DNA of 24,840 nucleotides from a virus (lineage: Duplodnaviria; Caudoviricetes): IMG/VR virus record IMGVR_UViG_3300020239_000024, positions 1 through 24,840 of that record, one strand, 5' to 3'. Both the position numbers and the translations under genes were made by a program. Positions 1 through 8,966 of the stretch are shown in pieces. Within the stretch, counting starts at the first letter, position 1. Every line of letters starts with the position of its first letter. The notes under the pieces were generated by a model. The model was not told where the DNA came from. It saw nothing but the letters and a program-made list of their open reading frames with translations, and made no database searches.

Positions 1-1
1 A

Positions 2-115
2 CTAAGAATGCTAACGTCATGGGAAGAATATGAAGATATTAAAGCATACATTCAAAGTAAAGCCACTGTCAGCAAATCAAATGACGTACAGGAACAAGTC
101 GATAAAGTCGGCTAA
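2..115 (+). CDS. possible 3' end of an upstream gene (partial, product unknown)
   Basis: Frame 2 is open from the window edge: LRMLTSWEEYEDIKAYIQSKATVSKSNDVQEQVDKVG* (TAA 113-115). It overlaps the next gene; frame 1, which stops at 33, is an alternative. Confidence 0.3.
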   Translation, partial: LRMLTSWEEYEDIKAYIQSKATVSKSNDVQEQVDKVG

Positions 116-452
116 GTATATCGAATATCAAAATGAATTAAGAGACGAACTTCAAGGGGTCGAATGGCCCTTTGAAAAATCCGATCAATTAGAATTTGAT
201 ATTATTGCTGGTGTATCTAATAAAATGGCAGACCTAGATAACGTAGTTAAGCCACTATTAGATACATACCAGGGTATCTTTGAAGAATTTAATGATAATA
301 AAGTTTATCATATAACATTAGATAAACAAATAGTAGCTAAAGGTAATGAATATTTATTTGTTAAAGTCGAACGATGGCCTGAACAAATACCTTTAGAAAT
401 AGTAAACGACGAAGAGTTGTTAGAAAGGACGGTAATTAATGTCAAGGTATAA
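30..452 (+). CDS. rusA: RusA-like Holliday junction resolvase / endodeoxyribonuclease
   Basis: N-terminal KPLSAN, catalytic DLDNVVKPLLD (DxDNxxKxxxD) and downstream NDNKV; 140 aa; lies in the replication module. Confidence 0.8.
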   Translation: MKILKHTFKVKPLSANQMTYRNKSIKSAKYIEYQNELRDELQGVEWPFEKSDQLEFDIIAGVSNKMADLDNVVKPLLDTYQGIFEEFNDNKVYHITLDKQIVAKGNEYLFVKVERWPEQIPLEIVNDEELLERTVINVKV

Positions 453-2055
453 GCAAACTGCTTGCCCAGAGTGTGACTCATCTGACGCATTTACAATATA
501 TGAAGATGGAGCATACTGTTTTTCATGTCAATATACAACTAAGAAAGTAAACATTATGAATGACTTAGAACCTGTTGCTAAACCAAATAGTAACATAACA
601 CTTGAAGAAATTAACGACTTAAATAGTTTTCCTATTAACAGTCGTAGTATATCTAAACAAGTAGTAGATCACTTTGGAATTAAAATGGCTGTAAATCCTG
701 ATGGTTCCGGTGGTTCGCACTTCTATCCTTATACTAATGAAGGTAGAGTTGCCGCATATAAAGAACGTAAGTTACCAAAAAGCTTTGTAGCACATGGTAA
801 CTTTAGTAATGTAGAATTATTCGGTCAATCAGTTGCTAGCGGTGGTAAGACACTTGTAATAACTGAAGGCGAGCTAGATGCTTGCGCAGTAGCTGAAGCA
901 TTCTTACATAAATACAAAAGAATATTTCCAGTAGTATCAATGCCTAGTGCTACAGGTTGCAAGACAGTATTAGCACAAAGAGAATGGATCAGACGATTTG
1001 AATCTGTAATATTATTCTTTGATAAAGATGAAGCTGGTCAAGCAGCAGTACAGAAAGTTGCTAAGATAATTGGTGCTGGTAAAGTTAAAGTAGCTAAGCT
1101 ACTAGAGAAAGATCCATGTGAACAACTACTAAAGCATGGACCACAAAGTTTATTACAAAGCTATTGGGATGCCGAAACATGGTCACCCGCTGGTTTAGTA
1201 ATGGGCGAAGCAATATGGGAACAGTTCCAGCAAAGACAAAGAACTAAGTCTAGACCTTATCCTAAATGCTTAGCAGGTTTAAATGATAAACTTAAAGGCA
1301 TTAGACAAGGTGAGATTACTTTGTTTACTAGTGGTACTGGTTCAGGTAAATCAACAATCGTTAAAGAAATCGTACTTGATTTATTAAAAGATGAAGAAAA
1401 CAAAATTGGTTTAATATCACTTGAAGAAAGTGTAGGTGATACAGCTGAGAAGTTTATTGAAATGACATTGAATCAAAAGCTAGATCATGATGATAACAAT
1501 CTTTCTGAACTAGATTTACGTCAAGGTTTTGAATCAGTATTCGCAGATGAAAGATTAGTTTTGTTAGATCATCAAGGTTCTGTAGGTGATTCAACACTAA
1601 CAGATAAAATAGAATATATGTGTCTAATGGGTTGTAAATACCTAGTACTAGATCATATAACTATAGCGGTATCAGAAGGCTCTGAAGGTTTATCTGGTAA
1701 CGAAGCAATCGATAAAGTAATGAGTGACTTACTTAAGATTGTTAAGAAACATAATATATGGTTATGTTTAATCTCACACTTAAGAAAAGCTCCAGGTGGT
1801 GGTGCTTCATTCGAGGAAGGTAAGCTAGCCTCTATAGATGATATTAAAGGTAGTGGTTCTATCAAACAAATATCATTTGATATAGTAGCATTCGCTAGAA
1901 ACCTAGTAGCTGATAACGCAACTGAACGTAATACAATTAAGTTTAGAGTATTGAAATCTAGATTTACAGGTCTTACTGGTTCAGCAGGTGCAGCTATATA
2001 CAATACTAAAACCGGTAGACTAACATCTACTGATAATGTATTTATGGAGATCTAA
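439..2055 (+). CDS. T7 gp4-like DNA primase-helicase
   Basis: Zn finger CPECDSSD..YCFSC, TOPRIM ITEGELDA and FFDKDEAG, Walker A GTGSGKST, and SF4 helicase motifs LVLDHIT, SHLRK, KGSGSIKQ, KSRFTG. Confidence 0.95.
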   Translation: MSRYKQTACPECDSSDAFTIYEDGAYCFSCQYTTKKVNIMNDLEPVAKPNSNITLEEINDLNSFPINSRSISKQVVDHFGIKMAVNPDGSGGSHFYPYTNEGRVAAYKERKLPKSFVAHGNFSNVELFGQSVASGGKTLVITEGELDACAVAEAFLHKYKRIFPVVSMPSATGCKTVLAQREWIRRFESVILFFDKDEAGQAAVQKVAKIIGAGKVKVAKLLEKDPCEQLLKHGPQSLLQSYWDAETWSPAGLVMGEAIWEQFQQRQRTKSRPYPKCLAGLNDKLKGIRQGEITLFTSGTGSGKSTIVKEIVLDLLKDEENKIGLISLEESVGDTAEKFIEMTLNQKLDHDDNNLSELDLRQGFESVFADERLVLLDHQGSVGDSTLTDKIEYMCLMGCKYLVLDHITIAVSEGSEGLSGNEAIDKVMSDLLKIVKKHNIWLCLISHLRKAPGGGASFEEGKLASIDDIKGSGSIKQISFDIVAFARNLVADNATERNTIKFRVLKSRFTGLTGSAGAAIYNTKTGRLTSTDNVFMEI

Positions 2056-2510
2056 TGAGTAACTACACAAATGCAGTAACTAAACAAGCTAGATATGATA
2101 ACTTGTATTTAAATATTGCTAAGGAAGTAAGTAACATGTCACACGATACCGACAATAAAGTTGGTGTCGTAGTTGTTAAAGATAATAATATACTTGCATT
2201 CGGATTTAATGGTATGCCTGCGGGTATGGATAATGAATGTAAAAATCCTAATGGTTCTACAAGAAAAGAAGTTATACATGCAGAAGCTAATGCATTATGT
2301 AAGTTAGCAAAGGGGACAGTAAGTTCAGAGGGTGCTACATTATATAGCACTCTCTCACCTTGCATTGAATGTGCTAAACTTATAATGCAAGCAGGTATAA
2401 CAAGAGTTCTTTTCAGTGAAACATATACTGATGAAGCAGGTATATTATTACTATTAAATAATAACATAAAAGTAAAGGGCAATAAATGGAGGAACAACTT
2501 GGATATCTAA
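2055..2510 (+). CDS. dCMP deaminase (cytidine/deoxycytidylate deaminase family)
   Basis: Zn-binding HAEANA and SPCIEC motifs, KVGVVVVKD..GFNG; translationally coupled to the primase gene (TAATG). Confidence 0.9.
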   Translation: MSNYTNAVTKQARYDNLYLNIAKEVSNMSHDTDNKVGVVVVKDNNILAFGFNGMPAGMDNECKNPNGSTRKEVIHAEANALCKLAKGTVSSEGATLYSTLSPCIECAKLIMQAGITRVLFSETYTDEAGILLLLNNNIKVKGNKWRNNLDI

Positions 2511-4675
2511 AGAAAAAGATTACTAAATCTAAAGCACATATTGCTTGTAATCTTTTAAAAGAAACTTCGTTAGAAGATTTAAAAGCGTACTTAGTATTTA
2601 CTATGGACACTATCCAACAACACTTTGCTCGTAATAGTATGAGAGGAAACAAATCATACCAAGGTGAAGCTAACCTTACACACTTAAGCGTAGCGGTTGG
2701 CACTCATATCTTAACAGAAATAAAGTATTCTAATAAGGATGATGCACCTTGGGATTGGTTTAGACTTCGAGTTATGATGGGAGATTTATTCTTAGAACCT
2801 TTCTATCAAACACATCAGATTAATATAGGTAAAACCAGGGATAATACATTTATTCCAGTGGAATCTTTAGACCGTAGTTTAAAGAGAAGCCGTGCGCATT
2901 ACATAGTAATACCAGAGAAGTGGGATTTACTTGTGCCAGAAGGTAGTATGGATTTATTAAAAGGAACTGTATTTGAAAAGCCAGAACCTATTAGTTCTTT
3001 AATGCAACCTACTGAACGACCTGTAATAAAAGGATGGACACATGATAGAAGTAAAGAGTTTAAACCTTATCTAGCAAACAGCTTTATTAAAAGCATGAAT
3101 GTGTTACAGCAAACTGAATGGAAAGTTAATAATAAAGTTCGTAATATTTTAAATCGTAATCGAAATAAAATACTAGATCAATACAAAGACTTTCCTAAGA
3201 AATATAAATCAAAGATAATAGAATTTGATTTAACTATGGCACGATCTAAACTAATAGGTGACAAAACATTTTATCAATATGTTGAAGCAGATTATCGTGG
3301 TAGAATATATTATACTACACCATTCTTAAACTTTCAGGGTAATGATATAGCAAGAGGTCAAATGCTTTTTGCTAAAGGTAAACCTATGACTGATGCAGGA
3401 TTAAGAAGATTAAAGATTCATATAGCAGTATGTTATAATGAAACTTATCATAAAGATAGTTTGCCTAACTGGTTAACAACAGATTATAAACCTTACTTAA
3501 AAGACGAAGAGTTAGATGATATATCTGTAGATAAAATGACGTTAGAAGATCGTGAAGCATGGACCGATAATAATATTGATAGACTATTAGAGATAGCTAA
3601 CAAAGAAATTATAGATCCTAATGCAGAAAAACCTATTAGCTTGCTAGCTAGTGTATTAGAAATTAAAGATGCACTCGAGCAAGAAGAATATATTACTTAT
3701 CTTCCAATACCAATTGATGGTTCTAATAATGGATGGCAACATCTATGTGCTATGTCTAAAGACAAAGAAGCAGGAGAGTTAGTTGGGATTGTACCACAAG
3801 ATATTCAAAAAGATTTTTATGTGCAATGCGCTAAAGATTTAATTAAAAGAGTACCGGAATGGTTTGAAGAAAGACAAATGCCAATGAAACATATACGTAA
3901 AGGTATAGCTAAACGCGGTTCAATGACTCGAGCATACAGTGCTGGAGCACAAAAGATCGCAGAAAATATGTATCTTGACTGTCATGTGGAAGGGTATTTA
4001 GATAAGTATAATATAACTGAAGAGGACTGTGAGTTACTTGCTAAACATTTAATCAAAGCAATTGATAGTGTTTGTGCAGGTCCATTACAAACAATGAAGT
4101 TCTTACAAAAGATTGCTGAAGCTGAGATAGCTTCTGACTATGCTAAGAACACTAAACAAAAGTCTATACGATGGACTACACCATCTGGGTTTCCAGTTAT
4201 ATATGAAGCATTCGTTGAGAATGAATTCAAAGAGAAAGCTATTATTAGTTGTAGTAAACGTAAAGTTAAACCTACTATAACAAAAGAAGATGGTAGCAAA
4301 GAAGAAACAGATACAATAAGAATACAACATGTAGGTAAAGAACCAACAGACAAACCAAAGATAAGATCTTTTATGTCTGGTATATCACCTAACTTTGTGC
4401 ACTCTATGGATGCTGCACATATGGCTAAAGTAATTGCTAAGTGGGATGATAACTTTGGTGCAGTACACGATTCATTTAGTGTACATGCTTGTGATGTAGA
4501 TGAGTTATTAGCTTTTATTAAACAAGAGTTTATAACAATGTATAGTTATTCTAACTTCTTTGAAGTCATTGAAAGAATGATAGTAACAAACCCAGATAAT
4601 TTTAACTATCAACAACCTAAGCTAGGCAGCTTAGATATTAGAGAGGTAAATAAAAGTGACTACTTCTTCGCGTAA
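2486..4675 (+). CDS. T7-family single-subunit DNA-dependent RNA polymerase, short N-terminal domain (729 aa)
   Basis: DYRGRIY (DxxGR), motif A PIDGSNNGWQH, motif B RKGIAKRGSMTRAYS, WTTPSGFPV, SPNFVHSMDAAH, motif C VHDSF, C-terminus DYFFA (T7 ends FAFA). Confidence 0.95.
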   Translation: MEEQLGYLKKKITKSKAHIACNLLKETSLEDLKAYLVFTMDTIQQHFARNSMRGNKSYQGEANLTHLSVAVGTHILTEIKYSNKDDAPWDWFRLRVMMGDLFLEPFYQTHQINIGKTRDNTFIPVESLDRSLKRSRAHYIVIPEKWDLLVPEGSMDLLKGTVFEKPEPISSLMQPTERPVIKGWTHDRSKEFKPYLANSFIKSMNVLQQTEWKVNNKVRNILNRNRNKILDQYKDFPKKYKSKIIEFDLTMARSKLIGDKTFYQYVEADYRGRIYYTTPFLNFQGNDIARGQMLFAKGKPMTDAGLRRLKIHIAVCYNETYHKDSLPNWLTTDYKPYLKDEELDDISVDKMTLEDREAWTDNNIDRLLEIANKEIIDPNAEKPISLLASVLEIKDALEQEEYITYLPIPIDGSNNGWQHLCAMSKDKEAGELVGIVPQDIQKDFYVQCAKDLIKRVPEWFEERQMPMKHIRKGIAKRGSMTRAYSAGAQKIAENMYLDCHVEGYLDKYNITEEDCELLAKHLIKAIDSVCAGPLQTMKFLQKIAEAEIASDYAKNTKQKSIRWTTPSGFPVIYEAFVENEFKEKAIISCSKRKVKPTITKEDGSKEETDTIRIQHVGKEPTDKPKIRSFMSGISPNFVHSMDAAHMAKVIAKWDDNFGAVHDSFSVHACDVDELLAFIKQEFITMYSYSNFFEVIERMIVTNPDNFNYQQPKLGSLDIREVNKSDYFFA

Positions 4676-4919
4676 GAAAGGAATATTACCAGTAAGACTA
4701 GGCTTACAACCTGACAATAAAACAGCATTAGCTGAATTAAAAATGGATGTTACACTAGCAGATCGTATGACTGACCAACAGTTAGACGAATTAATAATAG
4801 AGAATGAGTATTTAAGAATACTAGATTATTATACAGATCAAGGATTACCTGAAGAAGGTAAAACAAATGCTCATGAATGGAAGAAACAAGCGCTTGCTAA
4901 AGTAGCAGCAACCCAATAA
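4656..4919 (+). CDS. hypothetical protein (87 aa)
   Basis: GTG start with AGAGG upstream; overlaps the RNAP stop codon and ends directly at the terminator. Confidence 0.65.
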   Translation: MTTSSRKKGILPVRLGLQPDNKTALAELKMDVTLADRMTDQQLDELIIENEYLRILDYYTDQGLPEEGKTNAHEWKKQALAKVAATQ

Positions 4920-4966
4920 AAAAACCCCTAAGAATATCTTATGATACTCTTAGGGGTATTTTTTTT
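4918..4966. terminator. bidirectional rho-independent terminator
   Basis: A-tract, arm ACCCCTAAGAATATC (4924-4938), loop TTAT, arm GATACTCTTAGGGGT (4943-4957, one mismatch), T8 tract (4959-4966); lies between convergent gene blocks. Confidence 0.9.
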
Positions 4967-4971
4967 CGTCT

Positions 4972-5055
4972 TTAATATCGGCTAAACAGTTTTGAAAAAT
5001 CTACATAGTCATAATTAAAATCTAAAAATCTTCTCCTAAAAAATTTACTTATCAT
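4972..5055 (-). CDS. possible 27-aa peptide MISKFFRRRFLDFNYDYVDFSKLFSRY
   Basis: ATGA overlap with the stop of the 50-aa ORF; fills the gap to the terminator. Too short for the ORF track. Confidence 0.3.
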   Translation of the reverse strand: MISKFFRRRFLDFNYDYVDFSKLFSRY

Positions 5056-5204
5056 TTTACACTCTCACATCTACTGCAATATAATATATTTCCACGTTTA
5101 GATACACATCCACCACATAAATCATTCACCAAACCTGCGCCAAACATCATAGCTAGCCATAAATATACAGGAATTAAATACCAATATGTTTTAAAGTGCC
5201 TCAT
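5052..5204 (-). CDS. small membrane protein with CxxC...CxxC (50 aa)
   Basis: Read by hand: MRHFKTYWYLIPVYLWLAMMFGAGLVNDLCGGCVSKRGNILYCSRCESVK*; SD-like AAAGAGGA ~7 nt upstream of the ATG. Confidence 0.6.
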   Translation of the reverse strand: MRHFKTYWYLIPVYLWLAMMFGAGLVNDLCGGCVSKRGNILYCSRCESVK

Positions 5205-5229
5205 TTGTTTTTCCTCTTTAAGGAGACAA

Positions 5230-8200
5230 TTAAAGATCGATGTTTAAAGTATCTTGACTTCCGATTTCTCTAGCTAGTTCACCTCTTGATTGTGTAACAA
5301 GCTGCCTACCTTCTTTAATTCTTGCAGGCATTTCTAAAGTTCTAACTATCTCTTCTAATATTATACCGATTTCCTGACCAGTAAAACTTTTATCAAGCAA
5401 AGATTTTTTGTTAACTTTTAATTTTTTATTAATGTTTGATTCCAATTCAAGCGCCATTTTTTTAGCAGCATTAAAAGTTTTCTTATTCCATTCTTCTAAA
5501 GTATCACCTTTAATATTAATATTGTCTGCTCTTTCCCATTTAAAATCACCTTGTCTTTGAATTAACTTTACAAAAGTTTTACGCGAACCATTTTTAAATC
5601 TATCAGGATTAGCTAATAAACCAGCTATAGTTTTAAATTCAGATTCTTTATTAACTACACCATCTTTAAATAATTCATATGTAGTTGTATCATTCTTTAA
5701 TGTATTTAATTTTTCTGTAAAAGTACTTTCATACCAATCAAATAATTTTTCAATAGCTTGTTCATTAATTAAAGAATTTTTATGATGTTCATTAGCAGAT
5801 CTTCTTACAACATCCATTGTACCAGAGTCAGTTAAAAATGCATCATATATTTGTAATACAAATGGATTAGCAGCACCTAAACTTTTAGCAATTTCTTTAA
5901 TTTTATTCCATGAATTTGTAAAAGTTTTAGTAACCATGTTAGAATCAAACGCTTGTATTATAGATGGCTGAGCTCTACCTACTGCATAACCACCAAACTC
6001 TGGTGCTTTACCTGGCATAGGTTTAATAGCAGACGGATCTGTCTTTACATTATAATGCTGCACAGTAACAGTTCTAGGTTTACCTGCTTCATCTTTAATT
6101 TGATATTGTGTTTGTCCTGCTTGTTCAGATGTTAAACCTGCAAGCGTAGATACTAAACCAGTAGGCTGTTTAATTTGTAATAGCTCTGCTGAAAGCGGCG
6201 ACATAAAAGCGATAGCTTTCATTAGTTTAGTCATTCTTAAAGTCTGCGGATCCATAGTTTCATAAATAGAATCAACTAATATAGTATGTAAGAAATCAAT
6301 AACATCGTCATTATTTAATTTATGATTAGCCATTATACTTTTTATTTCATCATTTAAAAATACAGTTCGATCTACGTGCTGCTTCAATGAAAATATATCC
6401 TGACCATATCCCATAGTCATAGGTGACTTCTTTAAAAAGTTTTCTCTATCACCAATAGCTTCTTCTAATATTCGTTCATAAGCATTCGCTATTGACGGTA
6501 GTCCCGCCTTGTTATCGTGTGTTATTTTAGTTACACCTTTAACTAAGCTAGGAAACTTTCTTCTCATCTCATCAGCCATAGCATCTCTAACATCTTTATA
6601 ATCGCTAGACTCTAGCTTCTCTAAGAAAGGTGTCTTCATTATTATACCAGATCTCTTAGCCATATTTAAACTACCGAGTAATGTAGCAAGAGTTGCAGGA
6701 CCATGTGTCTGTCCATCTATTTCAAATGCCTGCGTATCTGTAAATATAGTTCCATTCTTTTTAGCTTTTTCGTATTTAGCTAATGCCATTAAGTAATCTG
6801 CTTGATGTATAGCATCAGTTTCAAAGTCAGCTAAGTATGCTTTTAATCTAGGACTTAATGGATCTGAACCATATCTTTGTGCTATTTGTTTCTTAACTTC
6901 ATTTGCTTGCTGAGGTGAAGAAGCTTTTTTAAATGCAGTTAATAATGCACCAGCTTCTCTTGTATTAAAGCCTGCTGTTCTTTCTATTAACTCATTACCC
7001 CATTGTACATACTGATTATATAAACCAGCACCAGGATTTTGTTCAGCTTGTTTTTCAAACTCTTTAAATATTCTTATTCTTTCTGAAGTAGGTCTACCCA
7101 TACCATACTTTTTCTTAAAGCTAGATTCAACCTTCCTTCCTTCTTCATCAGTTACTTTAGGATCTTCAAACAAATGCTTTGACATTCCTTCTGTCCAGTT
7201 TTGTTCGAGCTTACCCCCCTTACCAGGTTGCCACTGATACCTATTACCACCTCCTACTATACCTCTTACAATAGGGCTAGCCTGAGGATTGTATACAGTT
7301 TGCTGAGCATGCATTCTTCCAGTTAATAACTGTAATGCAAAAGTTAAATAGTTAGATTTACCTGAGTATCTTCCTACACCTTCCATAAGATTTACAAACT
7401 TTTCTCTTTCAAGTCTAAGAATATTTTTAGGATTATAATCTCTATATGTTTTTTCAGCTAACTTAACTTGTTCTTCTGATGCACCTTGCTCTATTAATCT
7501 TTGCACTCTATTCTTTAAAGATGCTTTTTCATTTAATAAATCTTGGTATTTTTGTTTACCTATTTTAAAAATGTTTGCATAGAAAATATCATTATTAGGA
7601 CCTGGTATATATTGATCTTGCATATCTATATTTCTTACAGTTCCTGCGTTTGCTAACGCAAGCATTGATAAATATGTTGCAACCTTTTCTCTGTTAGGAT
7701 CATTAATAAATGCTACTTGATTCATATTCTTAGTAGCTTCAAAGTGTGCAGAGGTATCACCAATTTCTTTTGAAAGTCTAGTTGTCATATCACGAGTGTA
7801 TTGAGATGCTTCTCCCATAACTCTACCATCTTGTGATGGTGCTGATAACGGTGTTACTTCCTGTGTACTAAACAAACCGGTATATACACGATACATATTT
7901 TCAAATATCTTTGCACCCTTTTCAGTAGGTTCGAATACTACTCGACCACCTACATTCTTTTCTTGTATCATATCAGGATTAGCAGCAGCATAAGTAGTCT
8001 TAGCTATATCACCAATCTGTGTAAATACTTCAGGTCTAATATTATCTATTTCATTTAAGTATTCAGCAGTATCTCCTAAACCTTTTTGCATAGCTTTAGT
8101 TCTTTTATATTCTCTATAAACTTCTTTACCTAACTGTTGAATACCTTGTGCCTTTTTAAACTCTAACTTTTTAATAGAGTCTTGCTCATTTACTTCTTCA

Positions 8201-8958
8201 ACAACATCACTAACTTCTTCAGGATCTGTAGTAAACATACTTTGTACAAAGAATTCTTCTGTAAGTATTCCCATTAAACCAAACAATTCAGGGTCAACTA
8301 TAAAAGTTCCTTTATCATTTAGCGTACCTGCATCTAACACATCATAAAATATATTTTTATTTGTAGTGTTTAAGTTATTGATATTCTTATATAAAGGCGC
8401 TACAGGTGCGTCAGTTGTCTGAGCAGCTTCTCTAAAATTACCTGTTGATAAAAACTTTGCTTTCTGATCTGCAGTTAATTTAGTACCTGCTATTCTTCCA
8501 GTATTAGCTAAGCCTGCAACTTTACCAGCTCTATTAATAGCACCACCAAATGATGACGCTGCTTCATCTATACTAGGCTGACCAGTAATTGCTTTCTCTA
8601 ATTCGTATGCACCTCTTAAAGTTGTTATATCTTTACCAAGTGCTTCACCAAATTGTCGTACACGTGGTTTAATTCTAGCAGCTTCTTCTGATGCTAACTC
8701 TTCAGGCGTCTTATTAGCTATTGCTTCTTCATCAGTGCTTGCCATTATTCCTGCAATGTCTTCAATATTATTATCAGCAATCACTTGATTTGCAACTGCT
8801 GTATCTACAGGTTGCTGAATTGTTTCTATATCTTTTTTAACAAGCTCTTCTTTATCAGCTACTGACCAAAGTTTATGTGTACCTGCTAACTTTTTAGCAA
8901 GCATGTCAGTTGGTTTATCAAGCATAGAACCGGATTTTGCGCTTGTATCTATTGCCAT
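5230..8958 (-). CDS. putative virion-encapsidated single-subunit RNA polymerase (N4 vRNAP-like), 1242 aa
   Basis: Ordered motifs LLTGRMH..YNPQ, FEIDGQTHGP (A), RENFLKKSPMTMGYG (B), PSIIQAFDS, LQIYDAF (C); no Cys found; last large gene of the ejection cluster; SD AGGAG. Confidence 0.8.
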   Translation of the reverse strand: MAIDTSAKSGSMLDKPTDMLAKKLAGTHKLWSVADKEELVKKDIETIQQPVDTAVANQVIADNNIEDIAGIMASTDEEAIANKTPEELASEEAARIKPRVRQFGEALGKDITTLRGAYELEKAITGQPSIDEAASSFGGAINRAGKVAGLANTGRIAGTKLTADQKAKFLSTGNFREAAQTTDAPVAPLYKNINNLNTTNKNIFYDVLDAGTLNDKGTFIVDPELFGLMGILTEEFFVQSMFTTDPEEVSDVVEEVNEQDSIKKLEFKKAQGIQQLGKEVYREYKRTKAMQKGLGDTAEYLNEIDNIRPEVFTQIGDIAKTTYAAANPDMIQEKNVGGRVVFEPTEKGAKIFENMYRVYTGLFSTQEVTPLSAPSQDGRVMGEASQYTRDMTTRLSKEIGDTSAHFEATKNMNQVAFINDPNREKVATYLSMLALANAGTVRNIDMQDQYIPGPNNDIFYANIFKIGKQKYQDLLNEKASLKNRVQRLIEQGASEEQVKLAEKTYRDYNPKNILRLEREKFVNLMEGVGRYSGKSNYLTFALQLLTGRMHAQQTVYNPQASPIVRGIVGGGNRYQWQPGKGGKLEQNWTEGMSKHLFEDPKVTDEEGRKVESSFKKKYGMGRPTSERIRIFKEFEKQAEQNPGAGLYNQYVQWGNELIERTAGFNTREAGALLTAFKKASSPQQANEVKKQIAQRYGSDPLSPRLKAYLADFETDAIHQADYLMALAKYEKAKKNGTIFTDTQAFEIDGQTHGPATLATLLGSLNMAKRSGIIMKTPFLEKLESSDYKDVRDAMADEMRRKFPSLVKGVTKITHDNKAGLPSIANAYERILEEAIGDRENFLKKSPMTMGYGQDIFSLKQHVDRTVFLNDEIKSIMANHKLNNDDVIDFLHTILVDSIYETMDPQTLRMTKLMKAIAFMSPLSAELLQIKQPTGLVSTLAGLTSEQAGQTQYQIKDEAGKPRTVTVQHYNVKTDPSAIKPMPGKAPEFGGYAVGRAQPSIIQAFDSNMVTKTFTNSWNKIKEIAKSLGAANPFVLQIYDAFLTDSGTMDVVRRSANEHHKNSLINEQAIEKLFDWYESTFTEKLNTLKNDTTTYELFKDGVVNKESEFKTIAGLLANPDRFKNGSRKTFVKLIQRQGDFKWERADNINIKGDTLEEWNKKTFNAAKKMALELESNINKKLKVNKKSLLDKSFTGQEIGIILEEIVRTLEMPARIKEGRQLVTQSRGELAREIGSQDTLNIDL

Positions 8959-8966
8959 AAGTTCTC

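Noticed and set aside
308-4353. Minus-strand ORFs within the replication block (308-490, 1653-2003, 2063-2497, 2413-2703, 4103-4330, 4138-4353)
   Set aside because: Antisense shadows of well-supported genes; no motifs or RBS.
5205-5229. Short inverted repeat TCCT-TAAAG-AGGA after the vRNAP stop
   Set aside because: A 4-bp stem explained by the SD sequence; too weak to call.
5230-8958. 1242-aa ORF as a family A DNA polymerase or tape measure protein
   Set aside because: Motif A is DG-type and a TGR motif is present, as in RNAPs. There is no DYSQxE motif, HDE motif, exonuclease domain or tape-measure periodicity.
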